A stretch of DNA of 64,000 nucleotides from an uncultured Actinomycetota bacterium (GTDB taxonomy: Bacteria; Actinomycetota; Humimicrobiia; Humimicrobiales; Humimicrobiaceae), in contig CAZODQ010000002.1 of NCBI GenBank assembly GCA_964578625.1, positions 22,036-86,035 of the forward strand, given 5' to 3'. Positions 39,362-48,763 of this stretch are shown here, one piece after another. Position 1 is the first letter of the stretch; each line of letters opens with the position of its first letter. The notes below the pieces were generated by a model. The model was not told where the DNA came from. It saw only the letters and a program-made list of their open reading frames with translations, and ran no database searches. Position numbers and translations under genes: made by a program.

Positions 39362-40216
39362 TTAAACTATTTTAAATATTTCTTTTATAACATTTATTTC
39401 TGGCATTATATCAAACCATACCTTAAAAGAGAATATAGCCTGGTTTAAAAGCATCTCCATACCATTGATAACTACAGCTCCTTCTTTTCTGGCCTTTTTC
39501 ATTAATCTTGTCTCTGCTGGTTTATAAACCATATCAAAAATAAATTTTTTTTTAAGATCCCAGCTGATAGGTATGGGAGTCAAATTTTTATAAGATCCGA
39601 TATCCATCCCAAGAGGGGTACAGTTGACGATTAAATCAATATATTTTAGCCTGCTGTCGATATCACTGATACTGGATAATATTTCTATTTTTTCACTGCC
39701 TATATTTTTAAAATTTCTTTTAATCTCTCTTACCTTTTCTCCGGTCCTGTTATATACATAAATCTTTTCGACTTTTTTTTTAAGCATTCCATAAATAGTA
39801 CTTTTTGCCGAACCGCCTGCTCCTATAACCAGGCACTGTTTGCCGGCCCAATTAAATTTTTTATCCTCTACAGACTTTATAAAACCATCCACATCAGTAT
39901 TAAAGCCCATCGAGATATCTTTCTTCTTATCAAACTTTACAGTATTCACAGACTTAATAACTGCAGATGACCTGTCTGTTTTATCTACTAATCTAAAGAC
40001 TCTTTCCTTATAAGGCATAGTAACGTTTAATCCAGTAAAACCAAGCTTTTTTGCTCCGTTAAAAGCTGCTTCAAGATCTTCCTGCGGAAACTGGAATGCT
40101 ATATAAATAGCATCTTTTGAATACTTGCCTATAAGATAATTTTGAATTTTTGGAGACAGGCTGTGATCCACGGGATAGCCTAACAAAGCTATTACTTTTG
40201 TATTAGGATTAATCAT
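39362..40216 (-). CDS. aroE: Shikimate dehydrogenase
   Basis: 284 aa with LLGYPVDHSLSPKIQN, NVTMPYKE and GAGGSAKS motifs. Confidence 0.93.
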   Translation of the reverse strand: MINPNTKVIALLGYPVDHSLSPKIQNYLIGKYSKDAIYIAFQFPQEDLEAAFNGAKKLGFTGLNVTMPYKERVFRLVDKTDRSSAVIKSVNTVKFDKKKDISMGFNTDVDGFIKSVEDKKFNWAGKQCLVIGAGGSAKSTIYGMLKKKVEKIYVYNRTGEKVREIKRNFKNIGSEKIEILSSISDIDSRLKYIDLIVNCTPLGMDIGSYKNLTPIPISWDLKKKFIFDMVYKPAETRLMKKARKEGAVVINGMEMLLNQAIFSFKVWFDIMPEINVIKEIFKIV

Positions 40217-40242
40217 ATTTTATTTTATTACCATTATTGCTA

Positions 40243-40527
40243 CTAATATTTTATTTCGAAAATATTATATTTTTTACTTTCCTTTATTTCTTCTATTCTT
40301 ATATCTGTTACTGCTGAAAAAGCCGGCCCTTTTTTTACTTCATCTATAAAAAGCTTAAGGTTTTCATCTTCTCCCTGACAGACTATCTCCACCTTATTGT
40401 TAAAGGTATTCTTAACATATCCGCAAATATCATATTTGCCTGCAATCGACTCTACAAAATAGCGGAAACCGACACCCTGAACTCTTCCGGAAAGTAAAAC
40501 TTTATAAGTTTTAACATTTTCAATCAT
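40243..40527 (-). CDS. acyP: Acylphosphatase
   Basis: 94 aa with the signature SGRVQGVGFRYF and GYVKN. Confidence 0.9.
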   Translation of the reverse strand: MIENVKTYKVLLSGRVQGVGFRYFVESIAGKYDICGYVKNTFNNKVEIVCQGEDENLKLFIDEVKKGPAFSAVTDIRIEEIKESKKYNIFEIKY

Positions 40528-40551
40528 ATATCTATTAAATTAATTATTATA

Positions 40552-40580
40552 ATTATACTAAAAAATTTTTATATTTACAA
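40552..40580 (-). promoter_or_regulatory. Candidate sigma-70-type promoter for acyP-aroE-pilT-pilC-sigma
   Basis: Minus strand reads TTGTAA (40580-40575), a 17-nt spacer, then TATAAT (40557-40552), about 25 nt upstream of the acyP ATG. Confidence 0.45.
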
Positions 40581-40619
40581 ATTCTTAAATTATTATAACT
40601 TCTATTATAATTATAAGAG

Positions 40620-41849
40620 TCATTTTTTAATTCTAAATATTGAAAAGGGGTCCACTCTTCCTAGACCATATATAATCACCCTGTCATTAGGATTTGCGCA
40701 AGCCATCTCGGTATTGTCTGTAGCCGAGATAAGCCTTTTTACCATAAATTTTTTAGGACTTATATTTGGCTGTAGTATATCTATAAACTCACCAGCCTTA
40801 AATTGATTTTTAACACTTATTACCGGCCCGCTGTATTTATCACTGTAATCATGGTAAGTCCCCACAAAATCATACTTTTTTACATAACCGACATTATCAT
40901 TATTTTCAAGTTCGCTTTTATCCTTTAAGAACATAAAGCCCGAAGTAAAATTCCTGTGTGAGCATTTGTCCAGTTCACCTTTCAAATAAGATATATTTTC
41001 CCTTGTGAATTTACCCTGTTTTATGTAATCCAGAGCTTTTCTGTAGACCCAGGTAGTAAGGCTTACATAATTTTCAGTTTTCATCCTGCCCTCTATTTTA
41101 ACGGCGTCTATGCCTGTATCCACCAGTAAATCTAATTTGGGAAGCAGACAGAGGTCCCTTGAATTATATATATAGGTGCCTCTTTCATCCTGCTCAACAG
41201 GAAAGAATAAATTTGGCCTTTCCTCTTCCATCAGATAATACTTCCATCTACAGCTATGGGCACATTTCCCTTTATTGGCATCACGGCCTACCATATATTT
41301 GCTCATCATGCATCTTCCGGAATAGGATATGCATAAAGCCCCGTGTATGAATATCTCAATCTCAATCTTTTTGTTCTCTACAATATTTTTCAGGTCTGAG
41401 AAATTTATTTCCCTTGCCAGGTTCACTCTTTCCGCGCCTAATCTTTTAAAAAAATTCACTGCCTTATGGTTATTTACATTAGTCTGCGTACTTATATGTA
41501 TTCTCCTGTACGGCAAAATCTTTCTTACAAGTTCCAGTGCTGCAAAATCTGATACTATTATGCCGTCCATTTCTATATCCTTTAATCTGTCAAGGTATTT
41601 ACTTAATTTGGTTAGTTCATGTTCAAAAATTACAGAATTTAAAGTAAGATAAATTTTTACCCCGTATTTATGCGCATACTCCACACCTTTTTTTAATTCT
41701 TCGATACTAAAATTTCCTCTGATGCTCCTAAGATTAAATTCTTTCCCACCCACATAAACAGCGTCTGCACCATAACTCACTGCATATTTTAAAATATTAA
41801 GATTGTTAGCAGGAACTAAAAGTTCTGGTATTTTTTTATCCTTTACCAT
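40620..41849 (-). CDS. Peptidase U32 family protein (TrhP/YrrO-like, candidate tRNA U34 hydroxylation factor)
   Basis: 409 aa with ELLVPA, GADAVYVGG, and Cys-rich GALCISYSGRCMMS ... GKCAHSCRW. Same position relative to alaS-ruvX-mltG-methyltransferase as B. subtilis yrrN/yrrO. Confidence 0.8.
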   Translation of the reverse strand: MVKDKKIPELLVPANNLNILKYAVSYGADAVYVGGKEFNLRSIRGNFSIEELKKGVEYAHKYGVKIYLTLNSVIFEHELTKLSKYLDRLKDIEMDGIIVSDFAALELVRKILPYRRIHISTQTNVNNHKAVNFFKRLGAERVNLAREINFSDLKNIVENKKIEIEIFIHGALCISYSGRCMMSKYMVGRDANKGKCAHSCRWKYYLMEEERPNLFFPVEQDERGTYIYNSRDLCLLPKLDLLVDTGIDAVKIEGRMKTENYVSLTTWVYRKALDYIKQGKFTRENISYLKGELDKCSHRNFTSGFMFLKDKSELENNDNVGYVKKYDFVGTYHDYSDKYSGPVISVKNQFKAGEFIDILQPNISPKKFMVKRLISATDNTEMACANPNDRVIIYGLGRVDPFSIFRIKK

Positions 41850-41873
41850 AGACTTGACTTTAAACCGACAGAT

Positions 41874-42506
41874 CTATTTTTTTATAAATTTTGTAACTGA
41901 TATACCGTCCCCTATATCAAATAGATAATTAACAAAATTTGAACTGTTATTTATATAGCTTATGTATTCCCTGATACCTTTTACGCTTTTAAAATCATGC
42001 TTGCTTACTTTGTTATTAAAGACCTTATTGTTGTAAAAAATATTGTCGGCAGTTATAAGGGCTCCTGGGGCAAGTTTATTTTCCAATGTCTTTAAATATT
42101 GAGGATATTCAAATTTTGCTGCATCAATAAAAACAAGATCAAATCTACCTTTAAGTCCAGGTATTATTTTTAATGCATTGCCCGCTAAAAATACGAATTT
42201 TTTTTGGGGGAATGTACTGCTGATAAACTTTTCAGCCTCCTTGATCCTGTCCCGGTTTAAGTCTATCCCCGTATAACTCCCATTTTTTAAATTTTTAAAC
42301 AAAAAGTAAGAGGAAAATCCATTTCCGCATCCTATTTCAAGTATATTCTTTGGATCCTTAAGAATACATATAAGCTCAAGGAACCTCCCGGTAGTCATAT
42401 ATATTATTGGGATTTTTTTTAAAGCTGCTTTTTTTTGTAACCCTGATAATAATTTTTTTTCTTCAATAAAATCCTGGATTTCTTTATTGTTATTTGACTT
42501 CTGCAT
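41874..42506 (-). CDS. Class I SAM-dependent O-methyltransferase, family 3 (TrmR/YrrM-like)
   Basis: 210 aa with the SAM-binding motif ILEIGCGNGFSS and FDLVFIDAAK. Confidence 0.8.
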   Translation of the reverse strand: MQKSNNNKEIQDFIEEKKLLSGLQKKAALKKIPIIYMTTGRFLELICILKDPKNILEIGCGNGFSSYFLFKNLKNGSYTGIDLNRDRIKEAEKFISSTFPQKKFVFLAGNALKIIPGLKGRFDLVFIDAAKFEYPQYLKTLENKLAPGALITADNIFYNNKVFNNKVSKHDFKSVKGIREYISYINNSSNFVNYLFDIGDGISVTKFIKK

Positions 42507-43530
42507 TTATAAAATCCTGGTACTCATCAGCATTAAAGAATGAATGTTTATGGTTTTCAGTATCGGTGACCTTAAAATATAAATAATCTACGTCTGCTGG
42601 GTTCAGAGCAGCTTTTATACACTCCAGTCCCGGGTTGCATATTGGAGTCGGGGGGAGCCCGGCATACAGCCTGGTATTATATTCATTATCAGTCTGCAAA
42701 TCACTTTCAGTCAAGCTTTCGTCTCCTCCTAATTTATCCAGACCATATAATAAGGTAGCATCAATACCTAATGTCATACCTTCATCCAATCTATTGTAAA
42801 TAACTGCTGAAATCAATTCTCTTTCTTCAGCAATATATGCTTCTTTCTCTATCATAGAAGCGATTATCAATATATCATACCTGGACAGCCCTTTACTTTC
42901 TGCAAATGAGTAATCCAGACCTCCGGTCTCATACTGATACTGCGCAAGCATCATATTTACTATATCTACAGGAGTATAATCAACTGTTATTTCATAAGTC
43001 TTCGGAAATATAAAACCCTCCAGGTTGTCTGCTTCTTCTAAAAAACCATAATTGTAATTACTTATATCCAATGTCTGCTCCATGTCCTCATAATCCACAA
43101 AAGGTATCTCTTCTGATACTTTTACAGCTACTTGTTCTGCCGTATGACCTTCAGGGATGGTAAACTTATATGTTATTACCGGGGGACCTGCTGTTATTTC
43201 ATCTAATACATCTTCATAATCTGAACCTGCTTTTAGTGTATATATGCCGGGGATTAAACTACCTTCTTTCCCTTTTTGTTCTACAAACAATCTGAAAAGA
43301 AACGCACTGTTTATTATACCCTTTTCTTCTAAAAGTGATGAAATCCCTTTTAGGGTCATCCCCTCTTTTATTTCAAATTCAATCTCTGTTCCGGCAGTCA
43401 CCGCACTGTTCATATCACTTTTAAAAAATTCACATGAATTAAGACTTAAAAAAAGTATGGACATTGATATCACCAACATATATATTATAACCCTGCTGCT
43501 GCCTTTAATTTTATTATTTGATATTTTCAA
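42490..43530 (-). CDS. mltG: Endolytic murein transglycosylase MltG (YceG family)
   Basis: 346 aa with an N-terminal TM, then YceG-like motifs ASMIEKEA and YNTRLYAGLPPTPICNPG. Confidence 0.92.
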   Translation of the reverse strand: MKISNNKIKGSSRVIIYMLVISMSILFLSLNSCEFFKSDMNSAVTAGTEIEFEIKEGMTLKGISSLLEEKGIINSAFLFRLFVEQKGKEGSLIPGIYTLKAGSDYEDVLDEITAGPPVITYKFTIPEGHTAEQVAVKVSEEIPFVDYEDMEQTLDISNYNYGFLEEADNLEGFIFPKTYEITVDYTPVDIVNMMLAQYQYETGGLDYSFAESKGLSRYDILIIASMIEKEAYIAEERELISAVIYNRLDEGMTLGIDATLLYGLDKLGGDESLTESDLQTDNEYNTRLYAGLPPTPICNPGLECIKAALNPADVDYLYFKVTDTENHKHSFFNADEYQDFINAEVK

Positions 43531-43924
43531 TTTCCTTTTTTTTCCTCTGTAAATAATCGCTTAGAATTATTGCTGCAGAAAACTTATCAATCTTTCTTTT
43601 TTTAGCAACCTTTCCTAAAAGTCTTAGCGGGATTTTTGTTGTATACCTTTCATCAATATAATCCACTTTAATGTCCAAATCCTTCAATAGATTATTGACG
43701 AAATAAATTACGTTTTTTGCCTGTATACCTATTTCACCCCTTAAAGTATATGGCAAACCTACTACTATGTTTTTTATATTGTACTTACTTATTAAATCCT
43801 TTATCTTTCCTTTTACCTTACTGTCATTCTCATATACTTCAAGGGGGAAAGACGTGATTTCAAGCTCATCTGAAACTGCTACTCCTATTCTCTTATCTCC
43901 TATATCCAACCCGATAATTCTCAT
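43514..43924 (-). CDS. ruvX: Holliday-junction-resolvase-like nuclease RuvX/YqgF
   Basis: 136 aa with MRIIGLDIGDKRIGVAVSD. Overlaps alaS by 4 nt. Confidence 0.93.
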   Translation of the reverse strand: MRIIGLDIGDKRIGVAVSDELEITSFPLEVYENDSKVKGKIKDLISKYNIKNIVVGLPYTLRGEIGIQAKNVIYFVNNLLKDLDIKVDYIDERYTTKIPLRLLGKVAKKRKIDKFSAAIILSDYLQRKKKEIENIK

Positions 43925-46632
43925 TTTTTTTTCTTTAGTATCTCTAAAACTTTATCCCTTGCAAAATTAATAGCACCTGCCAAAGAATCAGGATCAGACC
44001 CGCCTAATTGAGCAAATCCCGGTTTACCGCCTCCGCCGCCTTTTATTTTTTTGCTTACCTCTCCTGCTATCCTGCCGCAGTCAATACCTTTTTTTATTAA
44101 ATCATCAGTAGCCTGCATTACCATAACCGGCTTTTTATTTAGTATATTTCCAAAAATAATAAAAGTATTCCTCCCTTTAAAGTGATCCCTTACCTCATCG
44201 CCTGCTTTCCCCATACTTTTAATATCTATATTAGAAACTACTTTGGACTTTGAAAAATCCATATCGATAATTTTGAGATCTCTACTGTCCTGGTCATATT
44301 TGAATTTATCTTCTATTACTTTTATTATAATTTTTATCTTAAGTGATACCAGTTCCTCCTCCTTTTTTCGTATATCATTTTTAATTCTGTCCAGGGCATT
44401 TATTGCTCTTCCTTCATCCACTTCAAGTTTTGAAGATATATCACTTAGTACCTCTTCCTTTTTTAGTAAATAATTATAGGCGTACATGCCTGTTACTCCT
44501 TCAATTCTTCTTAAGTTAGCACCTATGCCGGTTTCAGCTATAATCTTAAATATTCCTATATCTCCTGTCCTTTTTACATGAATGCCTCCGCATAATTCCC
44601 TGCTGTAGTTATTTATTTCTACCACTCTTACAAACTTCCCATACTTTTCATCAAATAGTGATATTGCCCCTATCTCATCCGCAAATTCTCTTGTGGTCTC
44701 GAAACATCTCACAGTATCATTATTCTGTATTTTTTCATTCACAATCCTTTCTACTTTTTCCAGTTCTTTACTGCCTGGTAAGCTATAAATAGAGTAATCA
44801 AATCTGAATTTATCCTCACCTACGAATGAGCCTGACTGCTTGACCTCTTTACCAAATACACTTCTAAGAGCCCAGTGAAGCAGATGAGTGGCAGTATGAT
44901 TCCTGCTGATATTTTTCCTGTGTTTATGATCAACCACTGCACTTACCATATCACCTGCTCTTAATTTACCCTTATTTAAAATTCCCTTATGAACGTAAAT
45001 GCCCTCAACCTGAATCACACATTCATTTACTTTAAAATAAGTTTCACCTTTTTTTATAATTCCCTTATCTCCTATCTGACCACCTTTTTCACCGTAAAAT
45101 GGAGTTTTTCTTAAAATTATTTCACCCTTTTCTGCTTCTGATAAATCTGGCACTATTTTTTTACTACCATTTTTATCAGTCCTTATAATATTTTCTATTA
45201 CTGTTTCAGATGAAATGTTCTGATAACCAATAAAATCCACCTCTAAATTATTGCTTATTTCCCTATACAGCATAAGATTTTTATCAACTTCTTTGTCAAA
45301 TGACTTTTTACTTTTGGATTTTTCTACATGTTTTTTAAAATAAAAATCAAACTTATCCTTATCCAGCTTCAGATTGTTTTCATTTAATATTTCCTCGGTA
45401 AGCTCGGCAGGAAAACCATACGTATCGTATAGTTTAAACGCATCTTCGGAATCAAGATATGCACCACTGTCCTTTTTGATTTCATTAATTTTCTGCATTA
45501 AAACCTTGCTTCCTTCCTTTAATGTTTCTGTGAACCTTTTTTCTTCATCATTAACCAGTTTAAAAGAATAATCTTTTTTTTCTGATATCTCCGGATATAC
45601 ACCTGAATACTCCCTTGTTACTACTTCGCCTATACTGTTTAAAAAACAGTCCTTTATTCCCAGCTGTCTTCCAAACCTTACCGCCCTTCTGATTATTCTC
45701 CTCAAAATATATCCCCTTCCTTCATTTGAAGGTGATACTCCGTCAGAGATTAAGAAATAGATTGCCCTTGCATGATCAGCTATTATCCTTATCGCCTTGT
45801 TAAAATCTATATCACTGTTATTTTCTGTATCTTTTTCCCTCCATGCCGTATTCTTTGAAATCTCTAAAACCTTTTTTACTATTTTTTTAAACAGTGCTGT
45901 CCTAAAAATAGAAGGATCCCCCTCTATAACTGCTGCTAATCTTTCAAGTCCCATTCCTGTATCAATATTTTTTTGTGGAAGCATATTATACTTCTTACCG
46001 TCAAAATTATACTCCGTAAAAACAAGATTCCATATCTCTGTAAACCTTTCACAGTCACAATTAGGACCGCAGTTTTCCTTGCCGCAGCCATATTCATTCC
46101 CAAAATCATAATATATTTCGGTACAGGGTCCGCAAGGTCCAGTATTTCCTGCAGGCCCCCAGAAATTTTCTTCTTTTCCAAATTTATATATCCTGTCTTC
46201 TGGTATACCGCTTTCTTTCCAGTATTTTATTGACTCCTCGTCTGCCAGTATATCATCATCACCTTTAAATACTGCAACAAATATTCTACTCATAGGTATT
46301 TTCATAATATTTAGAATGAAATCAAGAGCATATTCAATTGCTTCCTTTTTAAAGTAATCACCAAATGAAAAATTGCCAAGCATCTCGAAAAAAGTACAGT
46401 GCTTGTTGGTATAACCTACACTATCTATATCGCTGGTCCTAAAACATTTCTGTACTGTAGCGATTCTCTTTCGGGGAGGTTTTTTTATACCTAAAAAATA
46501 TGGCTTAAACTGCTGCATTCCCGCTGTAGTCAGGAGTACACTGGGATCGTTTTCCGGTATAAGTCCTGAAGAAGGCAAGATCAGGTGAGCTTTCTTTTCA
46601 AAGTAATCTAAAAATCTTTTTCTGATATCCAT
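43921..46632 (-). CDS. alaS: Alanine--tRNA ligase
   Basis: 903 aa with IRKRFLDYFEKKAH, NDPSVLLTTAGMQQFKPYF, the editing-domain HTATHLLH motif, and a C-terminal DHHA1 domain with GGGGGKPGFAQ. No SD is visible in the 20 nt before the ATG. Confidence 0.97.
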   Translation of the reverse strand: MDIRKRFLDYFEKKAHLILPSSGLIPENDPSVLLTTAGMQQFKPYFLGIKKPPRKRIATVQKCFRTSDIDSVGYTNKHCTFFEMLGNFSFGDYFKKEAIEYALDFILNIMKIPMSRIFVAVFKGDDDILADEESIKYWKESGIPEDRIYKFGKEENFWGPAGNTGPCGPCTEIYYDFGNEYGCGKENCGPNCDCERFTEIWNLVFTEYNFDGKKYNMLPQKNIDTGMGLERLAAVIEGDPSIFRTALFKKIVKKVLEISKNTAWREKDTENNSDIDFNKAIRIIADHARAIYFLISDGVSPSNEGRGYILRRIIRRAVRFGRQLGIKDCFLNSIGEVVTREYSGVYPEISEKKDYSFKLVNDEEKRFTETLKEGSKVLMQKINEIKKDSGAYLDSEDAFKLYDTYGFPAELTEEILNENNLKLDKDKFDFYFKKHVEKSKSKKSFDKEVDKNLMLYREISNNLEVDFIGYQNISSETVIENIIRTDKNGSKKIVPDLSEAEKGEIILRKTPFYGEKGGQIGDKGIIKKGETYFKVNECVIQVEGIYVHKGILNKGKLRAGDMVSAVVDHKHRKNISRNHTATHLLHWALRSVFGKEVKQSGSFVGEDKFRFDYSIYSLPGSKELEKVERIVNEKIQNNDTVRCFETTREFADEIGAISLFDEKYGKFVRVVEINNYSRELCGGIHVKRTGDIGIFKIIAETGIGANLRRIEGVTGMYAYNYLLKKEEVLSDISSKLEVDEGRAINALDRIKNDIRKKEEELVSLKIKIIIKVIEDKFKYDQDSRDLKIIDMDFSKSKVVSNIDIKSMGKAGDEVRDHFKGRNTFIIFGNILNKKPVMVMQATDDLIKKGIDCGRIAGEVSKKIKGGGGGKPGFAQLGGSDPDSLAGAINFARDKVLEILKKKK

Positions 46633-46862
46633 AATAAAAACAATATTTCATTTTATAATAAAATGGATACTCCATTTGTACGTAACTATAGGAAGTTTTT
46701 TTGCGCCCTGCGCTAAGCAGGTGGATGCCCTCCTGTCTGCTTTATAAGTCCCACACTATCACGGGCATTTATGCTGCAGTCAAAGTTTGAGCTTCCAATG
46801 TAAATTTGTTGGCACAAAAATTTAACTTTGGTTACGATATAAACAGAGTATCCGGATTGATG
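46633..46862 (-). promoter_or_regulatory. Candidate structured 5' leader of alaS (family unassigned; T-box expected by synteny but not confirmed)
   Basis: A conspicuously GC-rich patch (46700-46780) in an AT-rich spacer. Nested complementary segments are 46781-46787/46824-46830, 46717-46720/46774-46777 and 46725-46730/46763-46768. A U-tailed hairpin at 46661-46677 competes with an 8-bp long-range pairing to 46846-46853. Confidence 0.4.
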
Positions 46863-46966
46863 TTATCATAATTAAATAGTTAATTCAACAAACCCTTAAT
46901 TACCCTGAATACTTCATTACTCTTACATTCTTTAAATGAATATCAAAATTTTATAGTCAATACTAT

Positions 46967-48763
46967 CTATTCTTTATCCTCTTTAATTACATCAATAAAT
47001 ATTTCCTTTAATTGTTCTTCAGATACGCTTGAAGGCGATCCCGTAAGCATACACACTGCAGATTGTGTTTTTGGGAAAGCTATTACTTCTCTTATACTTC
47101 CAAGATTTGCCAGGATCATTATCAATCTATCCATCCCCAGAGCAATACCGCCGTGCGGGGGTGCACCGTACTCCAATGACCTAATAAAAAATCCAAAATT
47201 TTCCTTTATTCTTGTCTCATCCAGGTTAAGTATCCTAAATATCTTCTTTTGTAAATTTATATCATTAATCCTGATAGACCCTCCTCCTATTTCTTCACCG
47301 TTAAGTACTATATCATAAGCCAAACAATTGACTTTGAGGGGATCACTGTCTAAAAATTTCATTGTATTTTTATCAGGTCTGGTAAACGGATGATGTGATG
47401 GTACAATCCTCTTTTCATTTTCGTCCCACTCAAACAGCGGAAAATCATATATCCAGGCGAAATTGAACTCATTTTTCTTTATCAGGTCCAATCTGCTGCC
47501 TAAATACTTCCTTAATATTCCAAGCACCCGGCATGTTTTTAAAAATTCATCCGCTACTATAAGGATCAGGTTCTTCTCTTTTAAGTTTAAATTCTTGATC
47601 AAACCCTCCCTTTCATTAGCGGATAAAAATTTTGATATGGGAGACTGCAGATTTATATTTTCACCTACTCTGATCCATACCAGTCCTCCGGCACCGCTTT
47701 TTTTTGCCATCTCAACGAGATCATCAAGCTCTTTTCTGGTAAGACTTGAAGCATCATCTACCACGATACTTTTTATACATCCGTTATTTTTAAGGACTTC
47801 GTTAAAAATCTTTAAATTACTTTCCTTAAATAATTCCGAAACATCCTTTATGTTGAGGCCAAATCTCAGATCAGGCTTGTCAGTACCATAGATTTCCATG
47901 CTTTCCTTCCACTTGATCCTCTTAAAGGGCAGCTTGAGCTCTTTTTTCAACAGTTCCTTGAATATATAGGAAAATAAACCTTCTATTACTTTAATTACAT
48001 CGCCGGCTTCTACAAATGTCATCTCCAAGTCTATCTGAGTAAATTCCGGCTGTCTGTCGGACCTTAAATCTTCATCTCTAAAACATCTTGCTATCTGATA
48101 GCATCTATCAAATCCTGAAAACATTAAAATCTGTTTAAAAAGCTGTGGTGACTGTGGAAGAGCATAAAATTTTCCCGGGTTCAATCTCGAAGGCACCAGA
48201 AAATCCCTTGCTCCCTCAGGAGTGCTCTTAGCCATTATAGGTGTCTCTATTTCCAGAAAACCTCTAGAATTTAAATATTGTCTTACTACAGATGCTATGT
48301 TATGTCTTAATCTAATGTTCTCCTGCATCTCTCTGTTTCTTAAATCAATATACCTGTATTTCAACCTTTTATTTTCATCTATCTTTTCCCTGTTGCCAAG
48401 CATAAAAGGAGGGGTTTTTGATTTATTGAAGATTGTGATTTCTTTTACCTCTACTTCCACCTCACCAGTCGGGATAGACTTATTTACTGTGTCTTTCGAT
48501 CTCATCCTTACTTTCCCACTTATTCTAATGACATATTCATTACGTATGTCTTTTGCAGCAGTATAAGAACTCTTATCCATTTTAGGATCAAATACTAACT
48601 GTACCATTCCTGAGAAATCCCGCAGATCTACGAAGATCAGCTTTCCGTGATCTCTTCTTTTATTGACCCAGCCGCATAGAATAATATCTTTTCCCTTAAA
48701 TTCTTTATCTATTTCACCGCATAAATCCGTTCTCATGCTGGTCTTAAATACAGGATTAACCAT
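46967..48763 (-). CDS. aspS: Aspartate--tRNA ligase
   Basis: 598 aa, with OB-fold N-terminus, class II motifs FYALPQSPQLFKQ, RCFRDEDLRSDRQPEFTQID and GGIALGMDRL. Confidence 0.97.
   Translation of the reverse strand: MVNPVFKTSMRTDLCGEIDKEFKGKDIILCGWVNKRRDHGKLIFVDLRDFSGMVQLVFDPKMDKSSYTAAKDIRNEYVIRISGKVRMRSKDTVNKSIPTGEVEVEVKEITIFNKSKTPPFMLGNREKIDENKRLKYRYIDLRNREMQENIRLRHNIASVVRQYLNSRGFLEIETPIMAKSTPEGARDFLVPSRLNPGKFYALPQSPQLFKQILMFSGFDRCYQIARCFRDEDLRSDRQPEFTQIDLEMTFVEAGDVIKVIEGLFSYIFKELLKKELKLPFKRIKWKESMEIYGTDKPDLRFGLNIKDVSELFKESNLKIFNEVLKNNGCIKSIVVDDASSLTRKELDDLVEMAKKSGAGGLVWIRVGENINLQSPISKFLSANEREGLIKNLNLKEKNLILIVADEFLKTCRVLGILRKYLGSRLDLIKKNEFNFAWIYDFPLFEWDENEKRIVPSHHPFTRPDKNTMKFLDSDPLKVNCLAYDIVLNGEEIGGGSIRINDINLQKKIFRILNLDETRIKENFGFFIRSLEYGAPPHGGIALGMDRLIMILANLGSIREVIAFPKTQSAVCMLTGSPSSVSEEQLKEIFIDVIKEDKE

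Noticed and set aside
46598-46651. 17-codon upstream ORF (MKYCFYYGYQKKIFRLL) overlapping the alaS start in another frame
   Set aside because: The nearest SD-like GGAG is 18 nt away and sits inside a hairpin. The peptide has no notable features. It is more likely incidental to the leader than a translated regulatory uORF.
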